Made by a program: the position numbers and the translations under genes | Assembly: GCA_041736175.1 (NCBI GenBank) | Contig: JBGSUI010000011.1 | Span: 1 to 49,938, forward strand | Direction of reading: 5' to 3' | Source of the DNA: Oligoflexales bacterium | GTDB taxonomy: Bacteria; Bdellovibrionota_B; Oligoflexia; Oligoflexales; CAIYRB01 | Length of the DNA stretch: 49,938 bases | The notes under the pieces: model-generated | What the model saw: only the letters and a program-made list of their open reading frames with translations | What the model was told of the DNA's origin: nothing | Databases searched by the model: none | In this document: in pieces, positions 40,202 to 49,938 of the stretch | Layout of the letters: every line of letters begins with the position of its first letter | How positions within the stretch are numbered: position 1 is the stretch's first letter

Positions 40202-40234
40202 GCGGGATGTGAGACATATAGGAGGAGTGAAGTT

Positions 40235-40393
40235 ATGAAAAGATTTACGCGTCGATTGGTCTTGATGTTTTTGGCGATGCTGCCCATTGCGTCCATCGCA
40301 TTTGCAGCGCAAAAGGCTTTAAAGGTGGGAGAGCTTAAAGATGAATTTGAGGAAGAGAGCATGGGGGCACCAAGTAGAGTTACGAGTAGCTAA
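40235..40393 (+). CDS. 52-aa exported peptide, candidate RiPP/signal precursor
   Basis: Below the ORF-track cutoff. AGGAGG RBS; MKRFTRRLVLMFLAMLPIASIAFA-AQKALKVGELKDEFEEESMGAPSRVTSS*; fills the gap between rSAM and SBP genes. Confidence 0.8.
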   Translation: MKRFTRRLVLMFLAMLPIASIAFAAQKALKVGELKDEFEEESMGAPSRVTSS

Positions 40394-40408
40394 TTAATCC
40401 ATCGAGGT

Positions 40409-41974
40409 GTGATCAATATGAAAAAATATTTCGTGGGTCTAAGTTTTTTTGTTTTTGGTTTTATAGCTTACTATGGAGTTAAAAAAATGAATCCCAAACA
40501 ATCTCTTAATACCTCTATTACCATAGGATTTCCAGGAGCATGGGGGTCATTGATTCCCCCTTCTCAAAACACTATGTATGGCGATGCTATTTTGGGAAAT
40601 CAGTTTGAACCGCTCGTCGATATGGAAAGAGGTGGCATGATTGTGCCATATGCGGCTAAATCGTGGAAGGTAAGTGATGACTACAAGAAATATACTTTTA
40701 AAATTGACACATCTCGCAAATTCTCTAATGGCACTCAACTAACCGCGAGAGATTTTAAACGTTCTTGGGAGGAAGGATACAAGATTCAGGCTAGTCTATC
40801 ACTAAAAAGCATGATGGACGTTCTTTATAAGGTAGAAGGCATCGATCAATTTAACGAGCTTGGTGAAATTTCTGGGTTGAAAGTCCTAGATGATGAAACA
40901 TTCGAAGTGAATTTCTCAACTCCCTTTAGGATTGCGCTAGACCACCTGACGGGTAGTCGGTTTGCTGCATATAAAATCATCGACGGGAAATATATCGGAA
41001 CTGGCCCCTATGTAATAGAAGAACCGGGCACCTTTAAACTAGTTCTTAGAAAGAATCCATTTGTCAGTTCACTGGGTGCGGATTCAATTATCGTGGTGGC
41101 AAAAACTCCTCAAGAGTGCGAGTTAGACATAAAAAATGGATCGATTGACGTTTATGCCTATGCAGGAAGGCAATCATACAATGGTCCCTGTGACACAAAT
41201 GAGGTGGGATGTATCGAAGGCTTCGAAGCTGCCCATAATGTTGCTTTAATTAATGGTCTTCCAGGTAGGGTTTTAGAAGATCCTTCTTTGCGCCTAGCAC
41301 TTCAATATATTTTAACTCAGGAACACAATGGAGTTAACCCAGCAAGCATATTTCCAGAGGGAATCTTGCCTAATAGGGAAATCGATCCTCAACCATTTTT
41401 AAATCTTCAAGCGGGAAGATTACCAAACAGTGATGCTACAAAAATCATCGCAAATGGTAAAAATTATATAGAAAAACTCGTAGAAGCAACTCATAAGCAG
41501 CCGCTAGTGATCGTTTATGGAAAGGGCCGCGCCGTTGCTGATGCTGTTTTGAAAATATTGAAGGAACACAATATTAAAGTTGGTCGACAAATTGAGACTA
41601 AAACTACTGCTGAAGCTCAGGAATACATCGACGAAAAGAAGGAACCAGATCTTGCTCTTATGCGCTTAAGCGTCGTGGACGGTGATCCTGACGGTTTATA
41701 TCATGCATTGGGGAAAAATGGAGCCATTGCTGCAGTAATGACGCTAAGGCCACAAGTTTCTCAAATGCTAGAAGAAGGCAGAGAAATTCAGGACATCACC
41801 AAACTTGATGAACATTATAGAAAAGTTTCCGTGGGAATTTTATCAGAAGTACCTTGGGTCCACTTCGGATTTCTCCTAGAAAAGACCGCCTATCGGGCTG
41901 ATCGACTCAACGCAAACTTCAGGCACATTAAATCCCGAATCCGAGAGCCATTTTCAATATTTGAGCCAAAATGA
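40409..41974 (+). CDS. Family 5 (peptide/OppA-like) solute-binding protein with N-terminal membrane anchor
   Basis: FEPLV, AKSWKVSDDYKKYTF, FSNGTQLTARDF, IGTGPY. Confidence 0.88.
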   Translation: MINMKKYFVGLSFFVFGFIAYYGVKKMNPKQSLNTSITIGFPGAWGSLIPPSQNTMYGDAILGNQFEPLVDMERGGMIVPYAAKSWKVSDDYKKYTFKIDTSRKFSNGTQLTARDFKRSWEEGYKIQASLSLKSMMDVLYKVEGIDQFNELGEISGLKVLDDETFEVNFSTPFRIALDHLTGSRFAAYKIIDGKYIGTGPYVIEEPGTFKLVLRKNPFVSSLGADSIIVVAKTPQECELDIKNGSIDVYAYAGRQSYNGPCDTNEVGCIEGFEAAHNVALINGLPGRVLEDPSLRLALQYILTQEHNGVNPASIFPEGILPNREIDPQPFLNLQAGRLPNSDATKIIANGKNYIEKLVEATHKQPLVIVYGKGRAVADAVLKILKEHNIKVGRQIETKTTAEAQEYIDEKKEPDLALMRLSVVDGDPDGLYHALGKNGAIAAVMTLRPQVSQMLEEGREIQDITKLDEHYRKVSVGILSEVPWVHFGFLLEKTAYRADRLNANFRHIKSRIREPFSIFEPK

Positions 41975-43608
41975 CCGAAAAGTCGCATACCATTCCAATA
42001 GCCTTGTGGTTTGCTCGTCATACGATAAGGCCCTTAATGGCTACGTCTGCTTTGTTTGTGCTGGCAATATTGTCAATGCTCCTATTCTTGGTTTCAAGCA
42101 AGCAACAGCAAAATGATGATAGTGCCACAAGGCTGATGCGCATGGCAGAACTTGCTGCTTTACAACGCAATCGGCCATTTATTGAGTCTTTGGCTGAACT
42201 TGGTCGCAATGATATTGGACTTATCTCACTGTCAATTTGTGAGGACGCACGCCCCCTTTTCCTTTTCCCCGAAAATCACTCGAGTTGTGAACCATCGCTC
42301 AGCTTTCTGCAGAAGAAAATGACGCATCAAATAGCTGGTCTTGAGAATACAGCTGTTAAGGTAGTTATTCCCCGATATCCAGGTTACCAGATAGGCCTGA
42401 CGGGGCTCGGCATTGCTGGGTTTTTTGTTTTTTCAACCACAATGATTTATCGAAAGATAGGCCGGCGCCTAAGGGAGCAAATACTTAAGCCGATTTTAGC
42501 GGGGGTTAAGAATGAAGATCTGATCGCAAGCATGCGTCCAACGATCCAAATCCAAGAATTAGAAGAAATCTTTGCAGCGTACGAAAAAAAGCTATCTGAC
42601 CTTAGAATACTCGGAGCCGAAAACGCTTTGAACGCAAAGGCCGCAGCCCTAACACACATGTCGCAGGCATTAGCCCACGATTTAAAGAACCCGCTATCAC
42701 TTTTTGAATTTGCGATGAGTGCAAGGTCTTTGGAAGAGTTTGAAAATGCAAAGCTAAGCATGGAAAGAGCATTTGAAAGGATCCATGCCATCTTGGCCAA
42801 TATAGGGCAAAAATCATCGGACCTAGTCATGAAGCGAGAAACCTCGATCCTAGACTGTAGTCATGTGGCAACTCAGTTTCGCCTTACCCATGGTCACCTT
42901 GGAGTCGAAGTTTTATCCGAGGGACCTACTGTTGAAGCAAATATCGACAAACCTGCCATCGAGCGGTGCCTGGTCAACCTCGTGGGTAATGCGATCGAAG
43001 CCACTGCTTCCAAAGTCCAACTGGTAGTTGGAGTCGACGAGCGTGATTTAATGATCGAGGTGAAAGACAATGGGCCAGGGGTGAGTCAAGAGCTATTGCC
43101 TAAACTATTTGTGAGGGGAGCTACTTTCGGCAAAGAAAGTGGCGAGGGAATCGGGCTCTATAATGTTAAATCGATCGTCGAGGCCCACGGCGGGGAAATC
43201 TCCTACAGTCGAGAAGGAAATGAAAGCATCTTTAGGCTCAGATTGCCTGGGATATTGACCCCTGACCAATTGCCAGAAATTCAACCCAATCATTCGCCGA
43301 TACCGACCATCGACCCAAAAACACCCACAGGGCGATCCCAAATTCTGCTCTACCTGAGCGATCAAAAGCGCGCTATCGAACTCGCAGCCGCATTGGAGCA
43401 CCTCACTGCCGATATTTGCTTCGATCCGGCCACGTCCTCAAATCCGGTACTCATCTATACAGATAATATCGTGGAGATATCCCGATTGGTGAGTAAGGGT
43501 GTCAAACTCTGCCTTGATTCATCTTCGACATCTATAGAGTCAGCTTCCAGACAAATCCAGCTGATGGTCAAAAGCATAAACAATCCCGCAACAGAAGGAC
43601 AAACATGA
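41971..43608 (+). CDS. Membrane sensor histidine kinase
   Basis: Two TM helices flanking a small periplasmic domain, LAHDLKNPL, NLVGNAIEA, DNGPG, GEGIGL; ATGA overlaps on both sides. Confidence 0.93.
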   Translation: MTEKSHTIPIALWFARHTIRPLMATSALFVLAILSMLLFLVSSKQQQNDDSATRLMRMAELAALQRNRPFIESLAELGRNDIGLISLSICEDARPLFLFPENHSSCEPSLSFLQKKMTHQIAGLENTAVKVVIPRYPGYQIGLTGLGIAGFFVFSTTMIYRKIGRRLREQILKPILAGVKNEDLIASMRPTIQIQELEEIFAAYEKKLSDLRILGAENALNAKAAALTHMSQALAHDLKNPLSLFEFAMSARSLEEFENAKLSMERAFERIHAILANIGQKSSDLVMKRETSILDCSHVATQFRLTHGHLGVEVLSEGPTVEANIDKPAIERCLVNLVGNAIEATASKVQLVVGVDERDLMIEVKDNGPGVSQELLPKLFVRGATFGKESGEGIGLYNVKSIVEAHGGEISYSREGNESIFRLRLPGILTPDQLPEIQPNHSPIPTIDPKTPTGRSQILLYLSDQKRAIELAAALEHLTADICFDPATSSNPVLIYTDNIVEISRLVSKGVKLCLDSSSTSIESASRQIQLMVKSINNPATEGQT

Positions 43609-45089
43609 GCAATCCAAAAACCAAACGCAAGTCTATTCTCATTGTCGAAGACGACCGGGACCAATTAGTCCGATACGTGGCAATGGCTAAAAAAGCTGGG
43701 CTTGATGTCAATGGAGCATCAGACCACCATCAGGCCTTAGAAATACTTGCCAAGCGAAGTTTTGACTATGTATTAACAGATATCCATCTGGCCGGGGATC
43801 TTAACCAAAATGGCTTTGAAGGTATACAAATCCTTGACTACATCAAACAGAATAAGCCAGAAGTGACCCCAATAGCCATGACCTCTGATCCTAAAATTAC
43901 CACTTACCAAAAGGTCATGGCCAAAGGGGTATCGCACCTCTTCCGCAAACCCATTAGGACCGAAGACGAGCTGCTTTTGTACCTAGAATTCGCCCGCAAA
44001 GACCGACAAAAAAGCAGTGCGCTCCGTCGAAATAAACAAAACGCCGCAGGTATGCCGTCCCATATTATGGAAAAATATCCTGATGGAGTTGTTATCCCCC
44101 AAGATTTAAGGGAGATGGCTCGCCTGGTCGCCGTAGATGGAGAGGCGCCATTCGTCATCACGGGCGAAACTGGTACTGGCAAAGAAGAACTTGCTAAAGT
44201 AGTTCACCGATTAAGCCTTGAAATCCGCGGTCCCATGCCTTTCATTGCGGTGAACTGCGCCAATATCGGCGGAGATACTGCCGTTTCCACTCTGTTTGGG
44301 CATAAAAAAGGCTCATTTACAGGAGCTGAAGCTACGGTAAACGGCTTAATTGGTGAAGCAGATGGTGGCATCCTGTTCTTGGACGAAATCAATACCCTTA
44401 ATCTCGAATGCCAGCAACGGTTGCTGCGGGTACTTAACGATGGCTCGTACCAACGTCTAGGTGACGCGCAGACTCTTTACAGTCGCTTTCAAGTGATTGC
44501 AGCCGCTAACTGTGACCTTTACGTAGAAGTTGATAAAGGAAAATTCCTGCTCGACTTGGTCAGCCGCTTAACTGGCTTAGCCGTCAAACTGAAACCTTTA
44601 CGAGAGCGCCTCGAAGAATTGCCTATCTTTGTCGAAATGGCACTGGCCAAGGTTGGTGCTACAATTGGTCATGCGGAGTTGCAGCGCCTCGTTAAAAAAT
44701 GCGGCGATTACTACTGGCGAGGTAATGTCCGTGAGCTATTCCAGGTGATCAGAGCCATGGTGATTTTATCCGGAGGCGATGAAGGCAAGGTAAGTGCCGA
44801 CCACCTACCCGTCCTGCCAGGTATGTTGGCGCCGGGGCTGAAGGGTGCTCAGACATTTGATCTAGCTAAACTCAATCGACTGGTCTCAGCCGAAGACCTA
44901 ACCCAGTTGATGAAGGCCGTCTCAGAAGACCAACCACTGGAAAAATCCCTCGCGACAGCTGAAAAAATTGTCATTGAATCGGCTTTAAAAAGGCATGGGA
45001 CTCTTGCTGCGGCAGCTGAGGCATTGAGCACGCCTAAAAGTACCTTTAGTGCGAGAAGTAGAAGGGTGGGAGTTGAAATTGGTGAGTAA
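43605..45089 (+). CDS. Sigma54-dependent response regulator (NtrC family)
   Basis: REC (IVEDD, LTDIHL, RKP), GETGTGKE, GSFTGA, LFLDEI, WRGNVREL and Fis-type HTH. Confidence 0.95.
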   Translation: MSNPKTKRKSILIVEDDRDQLVRYVAMAKKAGLDVNGASDHHQALEILAKRSFDYVLTDIHLAGDLNQNGFEGIQILDYIKQNKPEVTPIAMTSDPKITTYQKVMAKGVSHLFRKPIRTEDELLLYLEFARKDRQKSSALRRNKQNAAGMPSHIMEKYPDGVVIPQDLREMARLVAVDGEAPFVITGETGTGKEELAKVVHRLSLEIRGPMPFIAVNCANIGGDTAVSTLFGHKKGSFTGAEATVNGLIGEADGGILFLDEINTLNLECQQRLLRVLNDGSYQRLGDAQTLYSRFQVIAAANCDLYVEVDKGKFLLDLVSRLTGLAVKLKPLRERLEELPIFVEMALAKVGATIGHAELQRLVKKCGDYYWRGNVRELFQVIRAMVILSGGDEGKVSADHLPVLPGMLAPGLKGAQTFDLAKLNRLVSAEDLTQLMKAVSEDQPLEKSLATAEKIVIESALKRHGTLAAAAEALSTPKSTFSARSRRVGVEIGE

Positions 45090-45308
45090 TCACTGGAGCA
45101 ATATGGAAAGCCATCAGGCTGCTTGTCGATCCATTTCATTTTAAATGGCCCTATTAATTCCACCATACAGGATGAAAGAATCTGTTTATTACTTGAAACG
45201 CTGCACACTAGGTCAACTCGGGCCAAAAAAATTGAATTTCAAACTACCCTATATATCAAATTGTTCCATCTGAATTCACATATTTTTTAGAGATATAATA
45301 GCCCTTAA

Positions 45309-45574
45309 TCAGGATGCGATTTTATCGATCTTCGACGCTGTAGTCGCGGTCTGTTCTCGAATTCGCGAGCGGTTTGGTCGATCGGAATTGAGGGCTTCGA
45401 TCAGCCTTACGATGTCTTTCATGATGCCTTCGGCACTTAACTTGGTTTGCATGTCGATCGCACTTTGCTGCAAGTCTCGGGCCACTTTGTAGGCTTCTCC
45501 AAGTAAATCAATCGATTTCTTTATTTGTTCTCCGTTGATGTGCCGAAAAGCAATTTCAATAGCACTGACCTTAA
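45309..45574 (-). pseudogene. 3' fragment of a gene truncated by IS66
   Basis: Open frame KVSAIEIAFRHINGEQIKKSIDLLGEAYKVARDLQ...KIDKIAS* runs up to the IS left end with no plausible start there. Confidence 0.6.
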
Positions 45575-45656
45575 GTAAATCGTCCTTCTACCCCACATGG
45601 ATAAATCTCAGTAGCTGAAGGATGATTGTAGTTACCAACATTAAGGAGGTTACTAC

Positions 45657-46037
45657 ATGGAGACTCAGTCCCTCAAGAAAAAGTTAAGCGTGTATCTTAC
45701 GGAAGGTGGATATCTCAAAAGCGTCAGCGATGAAGCTCTATTTCATTTGCTCGTAGGTTGGGAAAACTGGACGGGAACAAGTGCCGAGTTTTACCGGACC
45801 CTCGGTTTTACCCATAGGCAGATGGCGGGCCTTCTGGGGAAGGCCAAGAAACTCAAAAGAGAGGGCCACTTTGGTAACGCTGATTTCAAGGTTATCACCT
45901 TGGAAGACTCGCCAGGAGCTTCTACCCAAGCTGATGTCAGTCCTTGTATGGCAGCTGAATTGGTTTTGCCGGAAGGCAAATTGATCAGGTTTCAGAGTAT
46001 TAACGGACTAATCGACTTTATAAAGAAATCAGCATGA
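45657..46037 (+). CDS. tnpA: IS66 accessory protein TnpA-like
   Basis: First IS ORF, AAGGAGG RBS, overlaps tnpB, ELVLPEGKLIRF tail. Confidence 0.7.
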   Translation: METQSLKKKLSVYLTEGGYLKSVSDEALFHLLVGWENWTGTSAEFYRTLGFTHRQMAGLLGKAKKLKREGHFGNADFKVITLEDSPGASTQADVSPCMAAELVLPEGKLIRFQSINGLIDFIKKSA

Positions 46038-46417
46038 TCGCATTTAACCGTAGAACCCATATTTATGTCTCCAAGACCCCCAGTGACATGAGGGCGTCCT
46101 ATGACACCTTATTTAATAAAGTTAAATCACTTCTAGATAAAGACCCTTTTTCAGGTCATTTGTTTGTTTTTATGAACCGACGGCGCAGCTCATGCAAATG
46201 CCTTTACTATGATGGTACTGGCCTGGTTATAATCGCTAAAAGACTGGAGAAGGGGGTCTTTTCGATGATCAATCCTTACAAAGAAGGGGACATTAAATTG
46301 ACCCAGGCTGAATTCAGTCTGTTTTTCGAGGGAGCCGATCTTACCAAGAGGTTTATTGATAGTCCGAAAGAAATCGTGAAATCATCGACGGAAAATCCAG
46401 GGGTGCCCCTTCAATAA
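46034..46417 (+). CDS. tnpB: IS66 accessory protein TnpB
   Basis: DMRASYDTL, DPFSGHLFVFMNRRR, YYDGTG..AKRLEKG. Confidence 0.93.
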   Translation: MIAFNRRTHIYVSKTPSDMRASYDTLFNKVKSLLDKDPFSGHLFVFMNRRRSSCKCLYYDGTGLVIIAKRLEKGVFSMINPYKEGDIKLTQAEFSLFFEGADLTKRFIDSPKEIVKSSTENPGVPLQ

Positions 46418-46449
46418 AAAAATGCTTTTAATTTTTTAAAAAATGTTTC

Positions 46450-48024
46450 ATGCTCCTGGTCATGAAAATAAAATATGAAAAAGTTACTGTAAAACTCAGT
46501 GATCCCAGGTTGAGACCTATTCCTGATGAATTGCTTGATACCCTTAGTAAGCAGGAACTTATTGTTCTTCTTCGGGGTGAACAATCTCTCAGGAGCATTA
46601 TAGAATCTGAGGCTGTCATAGCAGCCGATCGTATATTTCAGTTTGAAGGTATATTTTTTAGGATTAGGAGATCTCTTTTTGGAAAAAAATCGGAGAAAAC
46701 CAAATCCAATAACCGGAACCCTGAACCAAAGGATCCAGCAACTCGTAAGCCCCGTGAAAAAACAAAACGTTTGCCGAGTGAAAGATATCCAGAAGCCAGG
46801 ATTGTCGAAGAACATATCACTGCTGAATGTGATCCGGACTGTGGTGCCTGCAACGGAAAAATGGTCGATTCTGGTATGGAAGAGATTTCAGAGTATATAA
46901 CCATCATCCCCAAAGAAACTGTTATTGTCCGCCAACACCGACATAAGTACCGATGTACACAATGTCATGGAGATATCAAGACCGCTCCGACAGCTCCCCG
47001 CCTCATACCGGGATCCAGCTATGGAGATGAGATTATTATCGATGCGACCCTATCAAAGTACTGTGATTTGATTCCTATGGAACGATACACCGATATCCTT
47101 GCTCGTCAAGGCTCGATGGAACTCCCGCCTCAAAGCCTTATTGCTGCCTCGATAAAACTCGGTCAAATCTACAAGCCCATTTACGAAAAAATCAAAATAG
47201 AAGTGCTCCAAAATAGAGTTTTATTGGCAGACGAAACCCCTCATAGAATGTTAGAAGGTGACGAAAAAACGAACTGGTTCCTATGGGGATTTATAGGCGG
47301 GTCCTCGGCCTTTTATCACTGTTGTGACACTCGATCCGGAGACATCGCCTTTGATATGATTGATCAATCAAAATGCGAGGTGTTGTTGAGTGATGCCTAT
47401 TCTGGCTATAAGAAGGCTATTAGAATCGCTAATATATCGCGGGTAGAGAGTGGTAGACCCACAATCACTACAGCCTATTGTAATTCCCATGCCCGCCGAG
47501 ATTTCAAGCTAAGTCAGGAAAGCTTAGTGCCGGAAGCTCAAGTGATGATCGATCGATACAAAGAAATCTATAAACTTGAGGCCAAAGCTAAAGGCAAATC
47601 ATCAGAAGAGATCCTGACCATACGCAAGGATATGAAACCTCATTTTGATTTCATGCAGGTACATTCTCTGAAATTTAAGGACCAGTTTTCATCTAAAAGT
47701 AGCCTAGGCAAAGCATTCGAGTATTTTTTAAAATATTATGATGAACTCACCTATTTCCTCGGGGATTCTGATGTACCAATTGATAACAATCCCTCGGAAA
47801 GAATACTCCGTAGTCCCGTGATAGGAAGAAAAACTTGGTACGGGACCCATTCAAGGAGAGGGGCGGAGACAGCGGCTATTCATTTCAGTATCGTCCAATC
47901 CTGTCATTTAGCAGGCGTTAATCCTCGGCTTTATTACCGAGTCGCCCAAGGTTGGGTCTTGAATAAAAAACCAATTCTTACCCCTTACGAATATGCAGAG
48001 AGCCAGAAAAAACCACCGGACTAA
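46450..48024 (+). CDS. tnpC: IS66 DDE transposase TnpC
   Basis: LFGKKSEK, CGAC...CTQC zinc finger, ADETP, SDAYSGY, CNSHARR, IDNNPSER. Confidence 0.95.
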   Translation: MLLVMKIKYEKVTVKLSDPRLRPIPDELLDTLSKQELIVLLRGEQSLRSIIESEAVIAADRIFQFEGIFFRIRRSLFGKKSEKTKSNNRNPEPKDPATRKPREKTKRLPSERYPEARIVEEHITAECDPDCGACNGKMVDSGMEEISEYITIIPKETVIVRQHRHKYRCTQCHGDIKTAPTAPRLIPGSSYGDEIIIDATLSKYCDLIPMERYTDILARQGSMELPPQSLIAASIKLGQIYKPIYEKIKIEVLQNRVLLADETPHRMLEGDEKTNWFLWGFIGGSSAFYHCCDTRSGDIAFDMIDQSKCEVLLSDAYSGYKKAIRIANISRVESGRPTITTAYCNSHARRDFKLSQESLVPEAQVMIDRYKEIYKLEAKAKGKSSEEILTIRKDMKPHFDFMQVHSLKFKDQFSSKSSLGKAFEYFLKYYDELTYFLGDSDVPIDNNPSERILRSPVIGRKTWYGTHSRRGAETAAIHFSIVQSCHLAGVNPRLYYRVAQGWVLNKKPILTPYEYAESQKKPPD

Positions 48025-48542
48025 TCATTTAATAATTGAACTACTTCAACGAGCCATTACTGAAAGTCCTCAAGACATTATGTTTTGGCGTCTGGATCCA
48101 ATCTTCTTGAGTGGGTCAGGGAACGCCAACCCATCTCTTTTGACCTGAGCAATTCATGGCTGGAATCGATTCCAAATGAAGAATCGATCCTTACTCCTAC
48201 GATATCTAATAGGGCAAAAAAAGGCTCGATTTATACCCAATAGGATAAATCCTAAACCAGATGGCCTTCTCAGATGGTTCTATGGACCCCTTTTTAGGGG
48301 TAAATGGACTCAACTTTTTGAGAGGGCCAGCAGATGCCAAGCTATACCTTATAAACGGTGGATCCAGGCACACAGTGAAGAGGCTTTTGGGGGTCGGGAC
48401 TTTATCATAAACTCATTCAAAAGCGCCATGTGTGGCACTGAGACGATTTACGATCCCATGTAGCTTGGACAGAATTGATGATCCATCAGTGATACAGCAA
48501 TAAACGGGTGACACTGCCACCGTTGCCTTTGTAAATGTTTCC

Positions 48543-49073
48543 TTAGGGTCGGTTTTTCCAGTCTGTTCTTAACAATGCCATAGTGATCGTATCGCGGAAA
48601 CTTCCGTGCCTAAAATAGCCATCCCGACATCGACCCTCAATCACAAATCCGCATTTTTCATAACATCTCACGGCTCCTATGTTTTCTGGTTCACACTCAA
48701 GCCAAAGTCTATGGAGATTCATTTCATCAAAAGCATATTGACACAGCACAGCCACGGCATCGCTACCCAACCCGCGTCCCCATATTTCTTTGTCCCCGAG
48801 GTAAATCCAAACCTCTGCTCGTCGAGACCGAGGGCAAATGCCTCGTAAGCCAATAAGGCCGACCAATGACTTTTCCAAAGTCTCGATTCCCAAGGTTAAC
48901 TTGTCGGATGTAAAATGAGACTCGGTGCTGATAAAATCTCTTGCATCTTGAAGGCTCGTAGGATGATAAAGTCCACGCCAAAAATTTGTCTCGGCATCGT
49001 TAATCCATTTATGATAGAGGGTGCTGTCTTCTATTTCGACTGCTCTTAAATTTGATATTTTCCCGGTGATCAT
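48543..49073 (-). CDS. GNAT acetyltransferase, RimJ/RimL/SpeG-like
   Basis: WGRGLG, AFDEMNLHRL, NIGAVRCYEKCGFVIEG. Confidence 0.9.
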   Translation of the reverse strand: MITGKISNLRAVEIEDSTLYHKWINDAETNFWRGLYHPTSLQDARDFISTESHFTSDKLTLGIETLEKSLVGLIGLRGICPRSRRAEVWIYLGDKEIWGRGLGSDAVAVLCQYAFDEMNLHRLWLECEPENIGAVRCYEKCGFVIEGRCRDGYFRHGSFRDTITMALLRTDWKNRP

Positions 49074-49328
49074 CGCAAATCCTCAATCTATTTAGGTGTA
49101 TTTGGTCAATCGCTTTAAACCTATTTTGCCATTCTTAAGCAAGACAGTCGATTTTTCTTTAGCTCTACTTCTTTTTAATTTATCTTTTCAAGCTTCGGAC
49201 TTCCCGACAAAACGTGGGATGAGGGGCATGAGCCGTGTGATCACAGCCCATCATTCATGCTAGTTGCTATAGGCCGCACCTAGAGCTTTACGAACGGCAG
49301 ACCCCCAACCGTTAGCGCAGTTAGATGT

Positions 49329-49937
49329 TCAACAGCTTGGCAAACGCTGTCGGAAGTCTCCGAGCGCATTGCGGAGCGCTGCTTCGGCTGGAAACGATGC
49401 ACCGTGCTGGGAAACGATGTTCTTGATGAGTCTCGTTTGGTGGTCCGGTTGCCGTAAAACTCTGTAAACTGCATTGGCGATGGTCGCCTCACGGAACTGA
49501 GAGTAGCGGCGCAGATCTAGTGCCAAGGTACGCAGCGCAGCAACGGTTGCTTCCTGCTTGCGTGACGTCCATCCGTTCGAATTGCGAACAGCGTCCTGAA
49601 CATCTTTCCAAAGTCCTGTATGACTACCGGCACTCGATGTCTGAAGGTTTTTAAGAAGCGCGTCGGCGCGGTAGCCCTCGGCGATTGTGCTATCAACAAA
49701 CGCAGGGGTTGGCGAGAGGAAGCGGCGCACAAACGCAGCTAAAGCTTCGGCGCTGTCGAGAGTTTCGTGTGCCTGTGCACAATTCACGGGGCGAGCGCCA
49801 GCTCGAGTCGGACAATGTACAGCGCTCCATACGAACTCGAAGCCGTTGGAGACGATTGCCAGTCCTTTGGTGAAACGGCGATCAGCATGAGCATAGGGAA
49901 CTGCTTGTTCGATCAGCGCACGCTCAAGATCGTTTCT
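49329..49937 (-). CDS. Hypothetical protein, 5'-truncated by window edge
   Basis: Frame stays open from the window end (RNDLERALIEQAVPYAHADRRF...) to the stop at 49329; higher GC than neighbours. Confidence 0.55.
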   Translation of the reverse strand, partial: RNDLERALIEQAVPYAHADRRFTKGLAIVSNGFEFVWSAVHCPTRAGARPVNCAQAHETLDSAEALAAFVRRFLSPTPAFVDSTIAEGYRADALLKNLQTSSAGSHTGLWKDVQDAVRNSNGWTSRKQEATVAALRTLALDLRRYSQFREATIANAVYRVLRQPDHQTRLIKNIVSQHGASFPAEAALRNALGDFRQRLPSC

Positions 49938-49938
49938 A

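Larger units (their letters stand above)
45575..48451 (+). mobile_element. IS66-family insertion sequence
   Basis: Terminal IRs GTAAATCGTCCTTCTACCCCACATGG / GTAAATCGTCTCAGTGCCACACATGG (20/26); tnpA-tnpB-tnpC order. Confidence 0.92.

Noticed and set aside
40409..41974. SBP as part of an ABC importer operon
   Set aside because: No permease or ATPase genes adjacent; it is coupled to a kinase instead.
48176..48463. 95-aa ORF at the IS66 right end
   Set aside because: Crosses the terminal IR and has no recognisable motif.

Overview
Bacterial chromosomal window. Gene style suggests Bdellovibrionota/Oligoflexia, which is an inference. About 1-20.5 kb is housekeeping-type DNA: CopG antitoxin end, pheA, Tat flavin oxidase, yicC-gmk-relA/spoT, an XRE-REC regulator, a MauG-like peroxidase plus beta-helix cytochrome, a DEAD-box helicase, SRAP, ExoD, a methyltransferase, two pseudouridine synthases, a TIGR02391-like protein and yacG. 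It ends at tRNA-Asp(GTC), 20557-20633. The rest is a mosaic, mostly lower-GC island. It holds a large serine recombinase whose last codons and stop lie inside the tRNA, and a primase-less family A DNA polymerase module with a long hairpin and a degenerate second copy of the polA 3' end. It also holds a tyrosine-recombinase three-gene unit bracketed by inverted motifs, a ClpX-like ATPase, an XRE-led lipoprotein operon, a glycine-zipper peptide/HTH pair, an IS66 without target duplication and a GNAT. The best candidate for an undescribed system is 38.7-45.1 kb. There a radical SAM/SPASM enzyme that keeps only the AuxII ligands is followed by an unannotated 52-aa exported peptide, an orphan family 5 peptide-binding protein, a histidine kinase and a sigma54 activator. 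Candidate sigma70 and sigma54 promoters and enhancer palindromes lie upstream. This looks like a RiPP-based peptide signalling (quorum-sensing-like) circuit. All family calls come from motif recognition by eye; no searches were run.
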